Assembly: GCA_963827655.1 (NCBI GenBank)
Contig: CAWHCF010000023.1
Location: 96,001-160,000, forward strand
Reading direction: 5' to 3'
Length of the DNA: 64,000 nt
Origin: an uncultured Acidobacteriota bacterium
Lineage (GTDB): Bacteria; Acidobacteriota; UBA6911
The notes beneath the pieces are model-generated. The model did no database searches and was not told where the DNA came from. It saw only the letters and a program-made list of their open reading frames with translations. Shown here piece by piece: positions 42,722 to 51,746 of the stretch. Made by a program: the position numbers and the translations under genes. Position 1 is the stretch's first letter. Each line of letters starts with the position of its first letter.

Positions 42722-43165
42722 ATGGATAGCATTCACAATATCCGTGAAATTCTGAAACTCCTCCCGCACCGGTATCCCTTTCTTCTGGTGGATCGGATCA
42801 TCGAATCCGACGGCTCCCTTCGCATGGTTGGAATCAAGAACGTCACTATCAACGAGGCGTTCTTTCAGGGACACTTCCCCGAACATCCGGTAATGCCCGG
42901 CGTTCTTCTGGTGGAAGCTCTGGCTCAAGTCGGTGTGATTCTGCTTTTCAGCGGCGATGAGAACCGCGCATCGAAGCTGGTTTATTTCTCGGGAATCGAC
43001 AAGTGCCGATTTCGCCATCCCGTCATACCGGGCGATCAGCTCCGTCTGGAAGTCACAGTCCTCAAGCACCGGGGCCCGTATTACAAGATGAAAGGGGAGG
43101 CACGAGTAGGGAATACCCTGGCGGCTGAAGCCGAGCTTTCGTGCGCGGTCGTGGATCGCAACTAG
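42722..43165 (+). CDS. fabZ: 3-hydroxyacyl-ACP dehydratase FabZ
   Basis: LPHRYPFLLVDR and FFQGHFPEHPVMPGVLLVEALAQ. Confidence 0.97.
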   Translation: MDSIHNIREILKLLPHRYPFLLVDRIIESDGSLRMVGIKNVTINEAFFQGHFPEHPVMPGVLLVEALAQVGVILLFSGDENRASKLVYFSGIDKCRFRHPVIPGDQLRLEVTVLKHRGPYYKMKGEARVGNTLAAEAELSCAVVDRN

Positions 43166-43166
43166 A

Positions 43167-43946
43167 ATGGCCATCCATCCGACCGCCATTATCGACCGGA
43201 CCGCGCAGATCGGTTCAAACGTCAGTATCGGACCCTATTGTATCGTCGGCCCTCACGTTCAAATCGGGAACGGTTCCGTTCTCGACTCTCACGTTCAAGT
43301 CTACGGATGGACCACCATCAGCGAAAATTGCCGTTTCTATAGCTTCGGCTCTATCGGGAGCGACCCGCAAGACCTGAAGTACCAGGGCGAGGAAACGTTT
43401 TTACGCATGGGCAAGGGGAACGTGTTTCGCGAGTTCGCGACCGTGAACCGCGGGACTCGCGGGGGCGGGGGAATCACGACTGTGGGAGATAACAGCTTCT
43501 TCATGGCTTACAGCCATGTGGCCCATGACTCCCATATCGGAAATCACGTCATCATGGCTAACTCCGCCACCCTTGCCGGACATGTCAGGGTGGAGGATCA
43601 CGCAGTCATCGGAGCTTTTTCCGCCGTCCACCAATTCTGCCGGGTCGGCCCTCACGCATTCATCGGCGGGTTTTCGGTGGTTACACGCGATGCCTTGCCC
43701 TACATCAAGACCGTGGGGGACCGGAACCAGGCCAAGATTTACGGAATCAACACCGTCGGCTTGCAGCGAAAAGGGATTCCTGAAAGCTCGATTGACGAGC
43801 TGAAGCAGGCCTACCGCGTCTTGTTCCGCTCGAAGCTCAACACGCATGACGCGCTGGCCCACGCAAGAGAGAGAAAATGGGCGGCTCCGGAAGTCGAGAC
43901 CCTGCTCCGATTCGTGGAGACGTCGGAGCGAGGGTTCATCCGGTGA
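43167..43946 (+). CDS. lpxA: Acyl-ACP--UDP-N-acetylglucosamine O-acyltransferase LpxA
   Basis: IHPTAII hexapeptide repeats, PQDLKY, HVAHD, LAGHV and VHQFCRVG. Confidence 0.97.
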   Translation: MAIHPTAIIDRTAQIGSNVSIGPYCIVGPHVQIGNGSVLDSHVQVYGWTTISENCRFYSFGSIGSDPQDLKYQGEETFLRMGKGNVFREFATVNRGTRGGGGITTVGDNSFFMAYSHVAHDSHIGNHVIMANSATLAGHVRVEDHAVIGAFSAVHQFCRVGPHAFIGGFSVVTRDALPYIKTVGDRNQAKIYGINTVGLQRKGIPESSIDELKQAYRVLFRSKLNTHDALAHARERKWAAPEVETLLRFVETSERGFIR

Positions 43947-43985
43947 TTGCGGATTGCGGATTTCAGATTGCGGATTGAGAAAGGA

Positions 43986-44804
43986 ATGACCGAGAAATTC
44001 GGGTTGATTGCGGGAAATGGGCAATTCCCCTTCATTGTCCTTGAATCGGCCCGCGAGCAGAGTGTCGACGTGATCGTCGCCGCAATCCGGGAGGAGACCT
44101 ATCCCGATATCGAATCGTGCGGTTTCCCGGTCCACTGGCTCGGGCTGGGCCAACTGGGAAAACTGGTCAAGCTGTTCAGGGACGCCGGCGTGCGCAAGGC
44201 GATCATGGCCGGGCAAGTCAAACATGCCCGGATCTTCGGTTCCTCTTTGCCCGATCTCACCATGATCAGGATGCTCGCGGGGCTGAAAGAGAAGAATACC
44301 AATGCACTGATCGGCGGGGTCGCCAGAGTGCTGGAGGAGGCAGGAATCACGCTGCTGGATTCGACGGCCCTCCTGGGATCTCATCTGGCTCCCGAGGGAA
44401 CGTTGACGCGCCGCGGCTTGAATCCGCGCGAAACCGCCGATCTGGAGTATGGGCGGCCATTGGCCTGTTGGATCGCACGCATGGATATTGGGCAGACGAT
44501 CGTGGTGCGAGATCGAGCGGTAGTCGCCGTTGAAGCGATGGAGGGGACCGATGCGGTCATCCGCCGGGCCGGAGAGCTGGTGGGCAAACGAAATCTCACC
44601 GTGATCAAGGTCAGCAAGCCGAAGCAGGACATGCGCTTCGATGTGCCGGTAGTGGGAACTCCAACCATCGAGAACATGGTCGCAAGCGGGGCCACGGCTC
44701 TGATCATCGACGCGCATCGGACATTGCTGTTAGGCAAAACCCGCTTCACTACACTGGCTGACGAGAACGACATCGCGATTCTGTCTCTCGCGCCCGTGGA
44801 GTGA
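43986..44804 (+). CDS. lpxI: UDP-2,3-diacylglucosamine diphosphatase LpxI (DUF1009)
   Basis: GLIAGNGQFP, DIGQT, AVEAMEGTD and KPKQDMRFDVPVVG. Start after a (GATTGCG)n array at 43945-43977. Confidence 0.93.
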   Translation: MTEKFGLIAGNGQFPFIVLESAREQSVDVIVAAIREETYPDIESCGFPVHWLGLGQLGKLVKLFRDAGVRKAIMAGQVKHARIFGSSLPDLTMIRMLAGLKEKNTNALIGGVARVLEEAGITLLDSTALLGSHLAPEGTLTRRGLNPRETADLEYGRPLACWIARMDIGQTIVVRDRAVVAVEAMEGTDAVIRRAGELVGKRNLTVIKVSKPKQDMRFDVPVVGTPTIENMVASGATALIIDAHRTLLLGKTRFTTLADENDIAILSLAPVE

Positions 44805-44864
44805 CAGAGGGCGCGCTCCAAAGTCGCTCTTGGAGTGCGGCTAGCTCAAAGGAGCAGGGCAGTC

Positions 44865-45824
44865 GTGGACAAGATCCGAGTGGGGGTGGTCGGGGTTGGG
44901 GCATTGGGACAGCATCACGCCAACGTGTACGCCTCCCTTCCTGAAGCATCCTTGATCGGGGTCGCCGACACTCTTGCCGGAAGGGCCGAAGAAGTTGCCA
45001 GGCCACTTGGGATCCAATGCTTCGCAGATTATCGGCAGCTTTTCGGTAAGGTGGATGCCGTCAGCATTGCGACTCCCACTTCGCTGCACGCCGAGATCGG
45101 GCAGCAGTTCCTGGATCAGGGCATCGATGTGCTGGTAGAGAAACCAATCAGCCGCTCGCTGGACGACGCCGACCGCCTGATTCGGGCAGCGGCTCGCAGC
45201 GGCCGCGTCTTACAAGTCGGCCACCTGGAGCGATTCAATCCTGCGGTCCGCGCCGTCCGGCAAATCGTCGCGCGACCACGCTTTTTCGAGGCCCATCGAA
45301 TGGGTGTATTTTCCCCGCGAAGCCTCGATATTGATGTGATCCTTGATCTTATGATCCACGACCTCGACGTTATCGCGCTGCTCGTCCCCTCACCCGCGGC
45401 TCACATCGACGCAGTCGGAATCCCTATCCTGACCGATCGGATCGACATCGCCAATGCAAGGATTCGATTCGCCGACGGTTGCGTGGCCAACGTCACGGCG
45501 AGCCGGGTGTCTATGGAAAAGATACGTAAGCTGAGACTGTTTCAGGAACAGGAATACATATCGCTGGACTACTCCCTCCAGCAGGCGGCAATTTTCCGCC
45601 TGGCCGCCGGAAAAGACGGCGATGTTCCGCAGATTATCGGCCGCCGGCTGGAACCGGCTCCCGCCAATCCTCTGGAGGAGGAGCTGCGAGCCTTCCTGGC
45701 CGCCAGCCGGGGGTTGGGCCCGGTCGAATGTACTGGAGAGGACGGGAAAAAGGCTCTGACCCTGGCCCTGCAGATTCTGAAACAAGCTGAAAAGGCTCAA
45801 GCAGTTGCATTTGACAGGCACTAG
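44865..45824 (+). CDS. Gfo/Idh/MocA oxidoreductase, GnnA-like (UDP-GlcNAc 3-dehydrogenase)
   Basis: GVVGVGALG, EKP, VGHLERFNP, DLMIHDLD and ANVTASRVS; lies directly after lpxA-lpxI. Confidence 0.85.
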   Translation: MDKIRVGVVGVGALGQHHANVYASLPEASLIGVADTLAGRAEEVARPLGIQCFADYRQLFGKVDAVSIATPTSLHAEIGQQFLDQGIDVLVEKPISRSLDDADRLIRAAARSGRVLQVGHLERFNPAVRAVRQIVARPRFFEAHRMGVFSPRSLDIDVILDLMIHDLDVIALLVPSPAAHIDAVGIPILTDRIDIANARIRFADGCVANVTASRVSMEKIRKLRLFQEQEYISLDYSLQQAAIFRLAAGKDGDVPQIIGRRLEPAPANPLEEELRAFLAASRGLGPVECTGEDGKKALTLALQILKQAEKAQAVAFDRH

Positions 45825-45840
45825 GCCCATTTTTTATACT
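45811..45840 (+). promoter_or_regulatory. Sigma70-like promoter TTGACA-N18-TATACT for the TonB-family gene
   Basis: -35 at 45811-45816 and -10 at 45835-45840, about 45 nt before ATG 45885. Confidence 0.6.
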
Positions 45841-45884
45841 TCAAGCTGTCGCTTGCAGTTGAAGGGCTGCCCGCGTCCAAGAAA

Positions 45885-47153
45885 ATGTTTGAATTTGCCA
45901 TCTCCCAGCACCAAAGGCGTCCGCTCTCAAGGCGTTTCCGGACCGCCGCAGCCGTCTCCATCCTGGCGCACTTAGCGGTGCTGATCGTGCTCATTCTGTC
46001 CCCTGCCGGACCCTTTCCAGGACTCGGTTCCTGGCTTCGTCCGGTGGCGTTCCTGGCCCTGGCCTACTTTCTTGTACTTCTAGCTCTCGCTCGTGGTGGA
46101 CGGGCTGCCAGCGAAAAGGAACTATTTGAATTCGCCATCTCCCAGCACCAGAGGCATCCGCCCTCGAGGCGATTCCTCCGCGCCGTAGCAGTATCCATCC
46201 TGGCGCACATAGCGGCCGTGGTCCTGCTTATTCAGTTCCCTTCCTTACTGCTGCCCGGACTCAGCTCCTGGCTTCGCCCTCTGGCGTTCCTTAGGGTCAC
46301 GGTGAAAGAGACGGACTGGCGTATGGTTTCCATGATAGGCTCATCCAGGATGCAGATGCCTTCGGCCGAAACCTTAAGAAAACTGTTGCCGAAGCGGAGC
46401 GAGGAGGGAACCGGCAGCCAAAAAACATCGGTACCGATACGCTGGGGGGATGAAAAGCTCGTAGCGAGCGCCCGCGCTCCGGTCCCGCGGCCCTTGAGCA
46501 AGCCAGTGCCTGGAACCGAGGAGCCCAAACCCGAGCCGGTGACACAGCCGGGTGAGACGGCAGGCGCCGGCGATCCCGCCAGGAGCGGCGGCGCCGGACA
46601 ATCTGCCGGTGTCGGGGTTGCCGGCACTCCCGGTGCGCCGGAGAGAAAAACCGTCCCCCTGCCGCCTCCGTCCCCAGAACCAAAGCAGATACCCAAGAAA
46701 GTGGAGGAGGTGGCTGAGAGCAAACCCCCGACTACAATCCCTTCGACTCCGGAGGTTCCGCCCGACCCTGTCCCGGGGAAGCAAGATCCGAAAGTCTTCG
46801 AGAACGTGCAGAAGGCGATACAATCGGAGGGAACCGGCTTTTTCGACACCAAAGGTTTCCCTCTCGGAGAATATGCAACGCTTATCATCGAGCGCATCAA
46901 AGGAAACTGGTTCATTCCGTCGAATCTTCGGAATAACCAAGGACGCTCCACGCTTGTGTTCTACATAGAAAAGGACGGTCAGGTTACTGGAATCCGTGTG
47001 GTCAGTTCGTCGGGCAGCAAATCCCTGGACGACTCCGCTTATCAATCCGTCTGGGTGTCTAAACCGTTTCCCCCCTTACCCAAGGGTTTTCCCGGAGAGC
47101 ATGTAGGGGCAAAGTTCGTTTTCTCCTACAACGAAGTCTCCATGGTTCGCTGA
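45885..47153 (+). CDS. TonB/TolA family protein with a tandemly duplicated N-terminal anchor
   Basis: Two SILAH anchor helices, a Pro-rich linker, and a C-terminal TonB_C domain (FYIEKDGQV, SSGSKSLDDSA, PFPPLP). Confidence 0.85.
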   Translation: MFEFAISQHQRRPLSRRFRTAAAVSILAHLAVLIVLILSPAGPFPGLGSWLRPVAFLALAYFLVLLALARGGRAASEKELFEFAISQHQRHPPSRRFLRAVAVSILAHIAAVVLLIQFPSLLLPGLSSWLRPLAFLRVTVKETDWRMVSMIGSSRMQMPSAETLRKLLPKRSEEGTGSQKTSVPIRWGDEKLVASARAPVPRPLSKPVPGTEEPKPEPVTQPGETAGAGDPARSGGAGQSAGVGVAGTPGAPERKTVPLPPPSPEPKQIPKKVEEVAESKPPTTIPSTPEVPPDPVPGKQDPKVFENVQKAIQSEGTGFFDTKGFPLGEYATLIIERIKGNWFIPSNLRNNQGRSTLVFYIEKDGQVTGIRVVSSSGSKSLDDSAYQSVWVSKPFPPLPKGFPGEHVGAKFVFSYNEVSMVR

Positions 47154-47289
47154 ATCCAATGTAGAGAAGCTCTAAGTCTTTGCGGCTTCGTGGCTCGATT
47201 CTGCTCATCGAAGGCGCAAAGCATCAACGCGGCACTTTCAACGGGACTTCCGATTGTTCAGCAGGGTGCGCTACATTCCGGGCTCCATC

Positions 47290-49644
47290 ATGCGAACGGC
47301 GGTTAGAATACCTGTACGTTTCGTCCGAGTGCCCACCCGCTTTACCAGGATAGTTGCCTTATTACTGCAGTTCTCGGTGACAGCCTGCGGCCATAAGTCT
47401 CGTGTCTCGCCGCCGGTCGTTTCTCAGATTCCAAGTCCTCCTGCCGCGTCAGCGCCTCCCCCGGCCACCAGCCCGGTTGCTGCCATGGCTTCGGCGCCGG
47501 GAGGTCCCGGCCCCGCAATCCGAATCGGTCTCACTACCACGGCACGAGAAGTTCGCATCTCTGCCGCCGCCGGCGACTTCCAGGTGGTCGAGAAGATTGC
47601 GGAGGCTTCAAGACAAACGGTTCGAGGCGAGCTGCAAGTCCGTCTGGAACAACAGCCGGAAGAACAGCGGGAGATCTTTCGCGTCCAGGTGGCTGCGATC
47701 GCGAGCAGGGAGGCGGCCGAAAACCTGGGGCGAAAACTCGCCGCGCAGTTCTCCGTCCCTGCCGTCACGCGGGACCACCTGGCCACCAGTACCGTCCAGG
47801 TCCGCCTGGGAGAGTTCTCCGGGCGCGAAGAAGCCCAGGCCTTCGCCTCTGGGCCTTTGACGGCCGCCGGGTATGCGAAATCTTTCGTCGTGCGCGAAAG
47901 CGGCCCGCGCGGAGGGGGAGAGGCCAGGCTCGCGATTCGAGGTCCGGAGAATTTCTTTCGGGTAAACCGAACCGGTTACCTGTTCTTTCCATCCTCCTCG
48001 GCGACGTTTCTTCGTCTGGATGGAAAGTCCTACCGGGGCGTCCTGGACATCAGCCTCAACAAGGCCGGTCAAATCACGGTGGTGAATCAGCTGGGCCTGG
48101 AAGAATATCTCTATGGCGTGGTTCCCGCGGAAATAAGTCCCACGATTTATCCGGAACTTGCGGCTCTCGCGGCTCAGGCGATAGCTGCGCGCACGTACGC
48201 CTTGAAGAACATGGGAAGATTCAGTGCGGACGGATTCGATCTCACGTCGGATATCCGCACGCAGGTTTACGGCGGCGCGTCGATCGAAAAGGAGGCCACC
48301 ACCGCAGCCGTGCAGCGCACCTACGCAGTGGCGGTCTACTACCTCGGCGGTCCGATCAACGCGATGTACTCTTCCACCTGCGGTGGAAGGACGGAAGATT
48401 TCTCCAATGTTTTCGGCGGCCGTCCGGTTCCCTATTTGACCAGCGTGTTCTGTACCGTGGAAAGCGGTACCGCGACCGCAGTCGACTTGAAGCTTAGAGG
48501 CGAGCATGAACTCGACCAGGTCGTTTTTGCGGCTGACGGCATGATGGCCAACCGAAACCTGGAGCTGGCTGTGGTACTGGACCTGGTGCAAAGCGAGGCG
48601 TTAACCCCCGAGTTCCTGACCGGCGCCGCAGAGAAGTCTGAAATTCAGGCGTGGGTGCAGAAGGCGCGAGTTCTGGCCAATCGGACTTCGGATGCCGAGA
48701 CCAAACCGCGGGACATAACCACGCGCGCCGGCTTCATTCAGTTTGCAGTCGAGAGTTTTTTTGGAAGCGGCGAACTCAGCCGCCGCATTTCGCCCAGCGA
48801 TGTTTCCTATTACCTCTCCAATTTAAAGGACGGAGAGCAGGTGCCTGAGGCTGCGCGCCCGGCGACGGCGCTGGTCATCCAAAAAGGTCTCTGGCGTCCC
48901 TACCCGGATAACAGCGCCCGCCCTCTCTCGCCCATCCGGCGTTGCGACGCACTCTCGATGCTGGCGCACTGGATCGAAGACTCGCGCCCCGATCTTCTAA
49001 AACGCGGCGTCTTGCAGTCTCTGGAGCAGCGCAACATCCTTGTAAAAGGGTCAAACAAGACAGAGCAACTGGGCCTGGCCGACGACGTGCGGCTTTTCCT
49101 GGTTGCGGATGGGCGCCGCACTCCGGTCGATTCCCTTCGAATGATAGGCAGCGAAAAAATCCGCTTCCATTTGCAGCCGGGCGGAAAGATTGATTTTCTG
49201 GAAGTCGAGCTCAGTCCGGCGGGCGCGTCCAGCGATCGATTCTCGCCGCAGACCTCCTGGCAGACTACGATTGCCGGGCGAGTCGTGTCTGAAAAACTTC
49301 GTCCGCTGACCGGCAACATCGGAGAGGTCAGCGACCTCGTGCCCGCTCGATTAGGCAATTCAGGCCGCGCGGTCGAGATCCAGGTTGTGGGAACCCAGGG
49401 TTCAGTGTCGCTCAATGGATACAGAGTGCGCACGGCCCTCGGTCTGAAGGACACGCTGTTTACTCTCTCACGCGCCGCAAACCCGGATGGGAGCATTGAG
49501 GCTTTTACATTCACGGGACGGGGCTGGGGCCACGGCATAGGGTTATGCCAGGTCGGCGCTTTTGGGATGGCCCGGGCAGGTCGCAGCTACGAGGAGATCC
49601 TCAAGACCTACTATCGCGGGGTGGAGTTACGGAAAGCATATTGA
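47290..49644 (+). CDS. SpoIID/LytB-domain lipoprotein with SPOR domain and SLH-like insert
   Basis: Lipobox VTAC, SPOR (FRVQVAA...VQVRLGEF), VVNQLGLEEYLYGVVPAE, AQAIAARTY, GWGHGIGLCQVGA. Start uncertain. Confidence 0.85.
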   Translation: MRTAVRIPVRFVRVPTRFTRIVALLLQFSVTACGHKSRVSPPVVSQIPSPPAASAPPPATSPVAAMASAPGGPGPAIRIGLTTTAREVRISAAAGDFQVVEKIAEASRQTVRGELQVRLEQQPEEQREIFRVQVAAIASREAAENLGRKLAAQFSVPAVTRDHLATSTVQVRLGEFSGREEAQAFASGPLTAAGYAKSFVVRESGPRGGGEARLAIRGPENFFRVNRTGYLFFPSSSATFLRLDGKSYRGVLDISLNKAGQITVVNQLGLEEYLYGVVPAEISPTIYPELAALAAQAIAARTYALKNMGRFSADGFDLTSDIRTQVYGGASIEKEATTAAVQRTYAVAVYYLGGPINAMYSSTCGGRTEDFSNVFGGRPVPYLTSVFCTVESGTATAVDLKLRGEHELDQVVFAADGMMANRNLELAVVLDLVQSEALTPEFLTGAAEKSEIQAWVQKARVLANRTSDAETKPRDITTRAGFIQFAVESFFGSGELSRRISPSDVSYYLSNLKDGEQVPEAARPATALVIQKGLWRPYPDNSARPLSPIRRCDALSMLAHWIEDSRPDLLKRGVLQSLEQRNILVKGSNKTEQLGLADDVRLFLVADGRRTPVDSLRMIGSEKIRFHLQPGGKIDFLEVELSPAGASSDRFSPQTSWQTTIAGRVVSEKLRPLTGNIGEVSDLVPARLGNSGRAVEIQVVGTQGSVSLNGYRVRTALGLKDTLFTLSRAANPDGSIEAFTFTGRGWGHGIGLCQVGAFGMARAGRSYEEILKTYYRGVELRKAY

Positions 49645-49674
49645 GCCGGGGCGGGTGTCCGATCGAGCGTGTCA

Positions 49675-49827
49675 ATGTCAGAGAGAAAGCCCTCACCCGT
49701 TAACTCGCCGGCATCCGACCGCTGTCGCGAGCAGGATCGTCAACGCTCCCAGATACTGGGAATCTCGGTCATCGCCCTGGTCACGCTGCTCCTCGCCGGC
49801 ATCCGATACTATTTCAACCTGGGATAG
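49675..49827 (+). CDS. Small single-pass membrane protein (50 aa), not in the ORF track
   Basis: MSERKPSPVNSPASDRCREQDRQRSQILGISVIALVTLLLAGIRYYFNLG*. It fills the spoIID-miaA gap and stops 5 nt before the miaA TTG. Confidence 0.6.
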   Translation: MSERKPSPVNSPASDRCREQDRQRSQILGISVIALVTLLLAGIRYYFNLG

Positions 49828-49832
49828 ATTTC

Positions 49833-50819
49833 TTGGCGCCTTCGCGTCCTTGCCCTGAACGAGGTTTCGCCCTCGAATCGTATCCGCTCGTCATCGTCGC
49901 AGGTCCCACCGGTTCCGGCAAATCTCAAATCGCAATGCAGCTGGCCAGGATGTTTGACGGAGAGATCGTAAGCTGCGATGCGCTTCAGGTCTATCGCGGG
50001 ATGGACATCGGAACCGCCAAGGCAACTCCGTCCGAGCGGCAGGCGGTGCCGCACCATATGCTCGATTTGCAGGATCCCGGCGAGGACTTCACCGCCGGCG
50101 ACTACCAGCGCCTGGCGCGGCAGGCCCTGGATGGGATTCGCCGCCGCGGCCGCATTCCTTTCGTAGTAGGAGGCACTGGTCTATATCTGCGAGCGCTCCT
50201 GCTCGGCCTTTTCGAAGGGCCCGGGCGCAGGAAAGAATTGCGCGCCCGGATGCAAAAGATCGCCCGAAGCAGAAAAGCCGCTTCCCTGCACCGGATTCTG
50301 CTGCGGGCCGATCCCATGTCCGCAGGCCGTATCTCGGTCGCCGACACGGCCCGGATCATCCGCGCTCTTGAAGTCTATTTCCTGACCGGGAAGCCGATAA
50401 GCTGGTGGCAAAACCAGCCGGCGCAGCGGCTGGCCGGCTTTCGCTGGTTGAAGCTTGGCATTCACTGGCCCCGTGAATTGCTCTACCAGCGAATCAACGC
50501 CAGAGCGAACGCGATGTTCGAAAGAGGACTGATTGAGGAAGTTCGGAAGTTGCTGGATAAGTTTCCCCGTGATTGCAACGCCTTCAAGGCTATTGGATAC
50601 CGCCAGGTGTCCGACTATTTCGCGAACAAACTAGGTTTCGAACAAACTATAGAAGAGGTGCAGCGCCAGAGCCGCCGATACGCCAAACGCCAGCTTACCT
50701 GGTTCCGCGCCGATCCGGAGATCGTCTGGCTAGACGGCGCATCGGGCGAGACGAGCCTCACGCTGGAAGCTAGCGCGGCGGTTCACACTTTCATCGAGTC
50801 TTCGCGTCTTGATGGCTAA
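49833..50819 (+). CDS. miaA: tRNA dimethylallyltransferase
   Basis: GPTGSGKS, DALQVYRGMDIGTAK, VGGTGLY, AIGYRQ and YAKRQLTWFR. Confidence 0.96.
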   Translation: MAPSRPCPERGFALESYPLVIVAGPTGSGKSQIAMQLARMFDGEIVSCDALQVYRGMDIGTAKATPSERQAVPHHMLDLQDPGEDFTAGDYQRLARQALDGIRRRGRIPFVVGGTGLYLRALLLGLFEGPGRRKELRARMQKIARSRKAASLHRILLRADPMSAGRISVADTARIIRALEVYFLTGKPISWWQNQPAQRLAGFRWLKLGIHWPRELLYQRINARANAMFERGLIEEVRKLLDKFPRDCNAFKAIGYRQVSDYFANKLGFEQTIEEVQRQSRRYAKRQLTWFRADPEIVWLDGASGETSLTLEASAAVHTFIESSRLDG

Positions 50820-51089
50820 TGCCGAGACGCGGAACGTCCAGGAGAGCGCTGCGGGATGTAGCCGGGATCTCACGTGCCGCCGAGTCCTCGAACTCCGTGG
50901 TTCCCTCAGCGGCTTGAAATCTCCGCAGCGCCCCGGGATTGCCAGGTGCACATGGTGTGCCAATCTCGAGAGCGCTGGAGTGGGCAACAGGAAATAGCTG
51001 CGAAGCGGCGATTTACATGGCTGGTGTCAGGCTCGTTTCGACGCTCGGGTCGGACGAAAGTAACCGAGCTTACTCACTTCTCGTTGTTT

Positions 51090-51134
51090 TCTTAGCGTTT
51101 CTTCGTGTCTTCGTATCCTGGAGGTTGGTTTTGT
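51090..51134 (+). repeat. Copy of the ~45-bp nonamer repeat family
   Basis: tcttagcgtttcttcgtgtcttcgtatcctggaggttggttttgt. Related copies at 4418, 32369, 38788, 56118, 56635, and inverted at 57952. Confidence 0.8.
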
Positions 51135-51146
51135 CGCGAACGCATT

Positions 51147-51728
51147 TCAGTCCAGATTCAACGATTCGATGCGCTTTGCCGCCTCTTCGCGAATCCTGCG
51201 GTACAGGCTGTTCCCATGTGAATCGATGGCAACGATCAGGGGTCCGAAGTTCCTGACGCGGAACTTCCAGAGGCATTCAGGCATCAGGTCTTCCCACCAG
51301 ACATCCACGATTTCTTCGATCTGGTTGGTCTCGAGCGCAGCCGTTCCACCGACGATCGCAAGGTATACGGCCCCATAGTCCTTCATCGCATCGACGGATC
51401 CCTGCAGCAGTCCACCCTTTCCTACCAGTGCGCGGACGCCGTAGGTGTTCAGCAACCCGGGAACGAAGCGATCCATCCGCGTACTCGTGGTCGTGCCGAT
51501 CGAGAGTTTCTCAAACTTGCCGTCGGGTCTCTTCCTTACCCCGGGAGCGGTATGAAGACAGACCGAACCGGTCAGATCGACCGGGGGAGCGACTCCCTCG
51601 TCAAAAATTCGTATCTGTGTAGCATCCCGTATGCCGAAGATCGTCCCGTCAATTCGGACGGTATCCTCGAGCTGGAGCCTTCGAACATCGCTCTCCGACA
51701 GAGGCGTCGTCAGAACATGTTGGCCCAA
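51147..51728 (-). CDS. Class I fumarate/tartrate hydratase family, beta (C-terminal) subunit
   Basis: GTTTSTRMD, VGKGG, EDLMPECLW and GPLIVAIDSHGNSLY. TTG start after GGAGG. Confidence 0.9.
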   Translation of the reverse strand: MGQHVLTTPLSESDVRRLQLEDTVRIDGTIFGIRDATQIRIFDEGVAPPVDLTGSVCLHTAPGVRKRPDGKFEKLSIGTTTSTRMDRFVPGLLNTYGVRALVGKGGLLQGSVDAMKDYGAVYLAIVGGTAALETNQIEEIVDVWWEDLMPECLWKFRVRNFGPLIVAIDSHGNSLYRRIREEAAKRIESLNLD

Positions 51729-51746
51729 GAAATCCTCCCACCTTCC

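Noticed and set aside
51015-51070. Hammerhead-like ribozyme
   Set aside because: A GAAA motif is present but the CTGANGA core is not.
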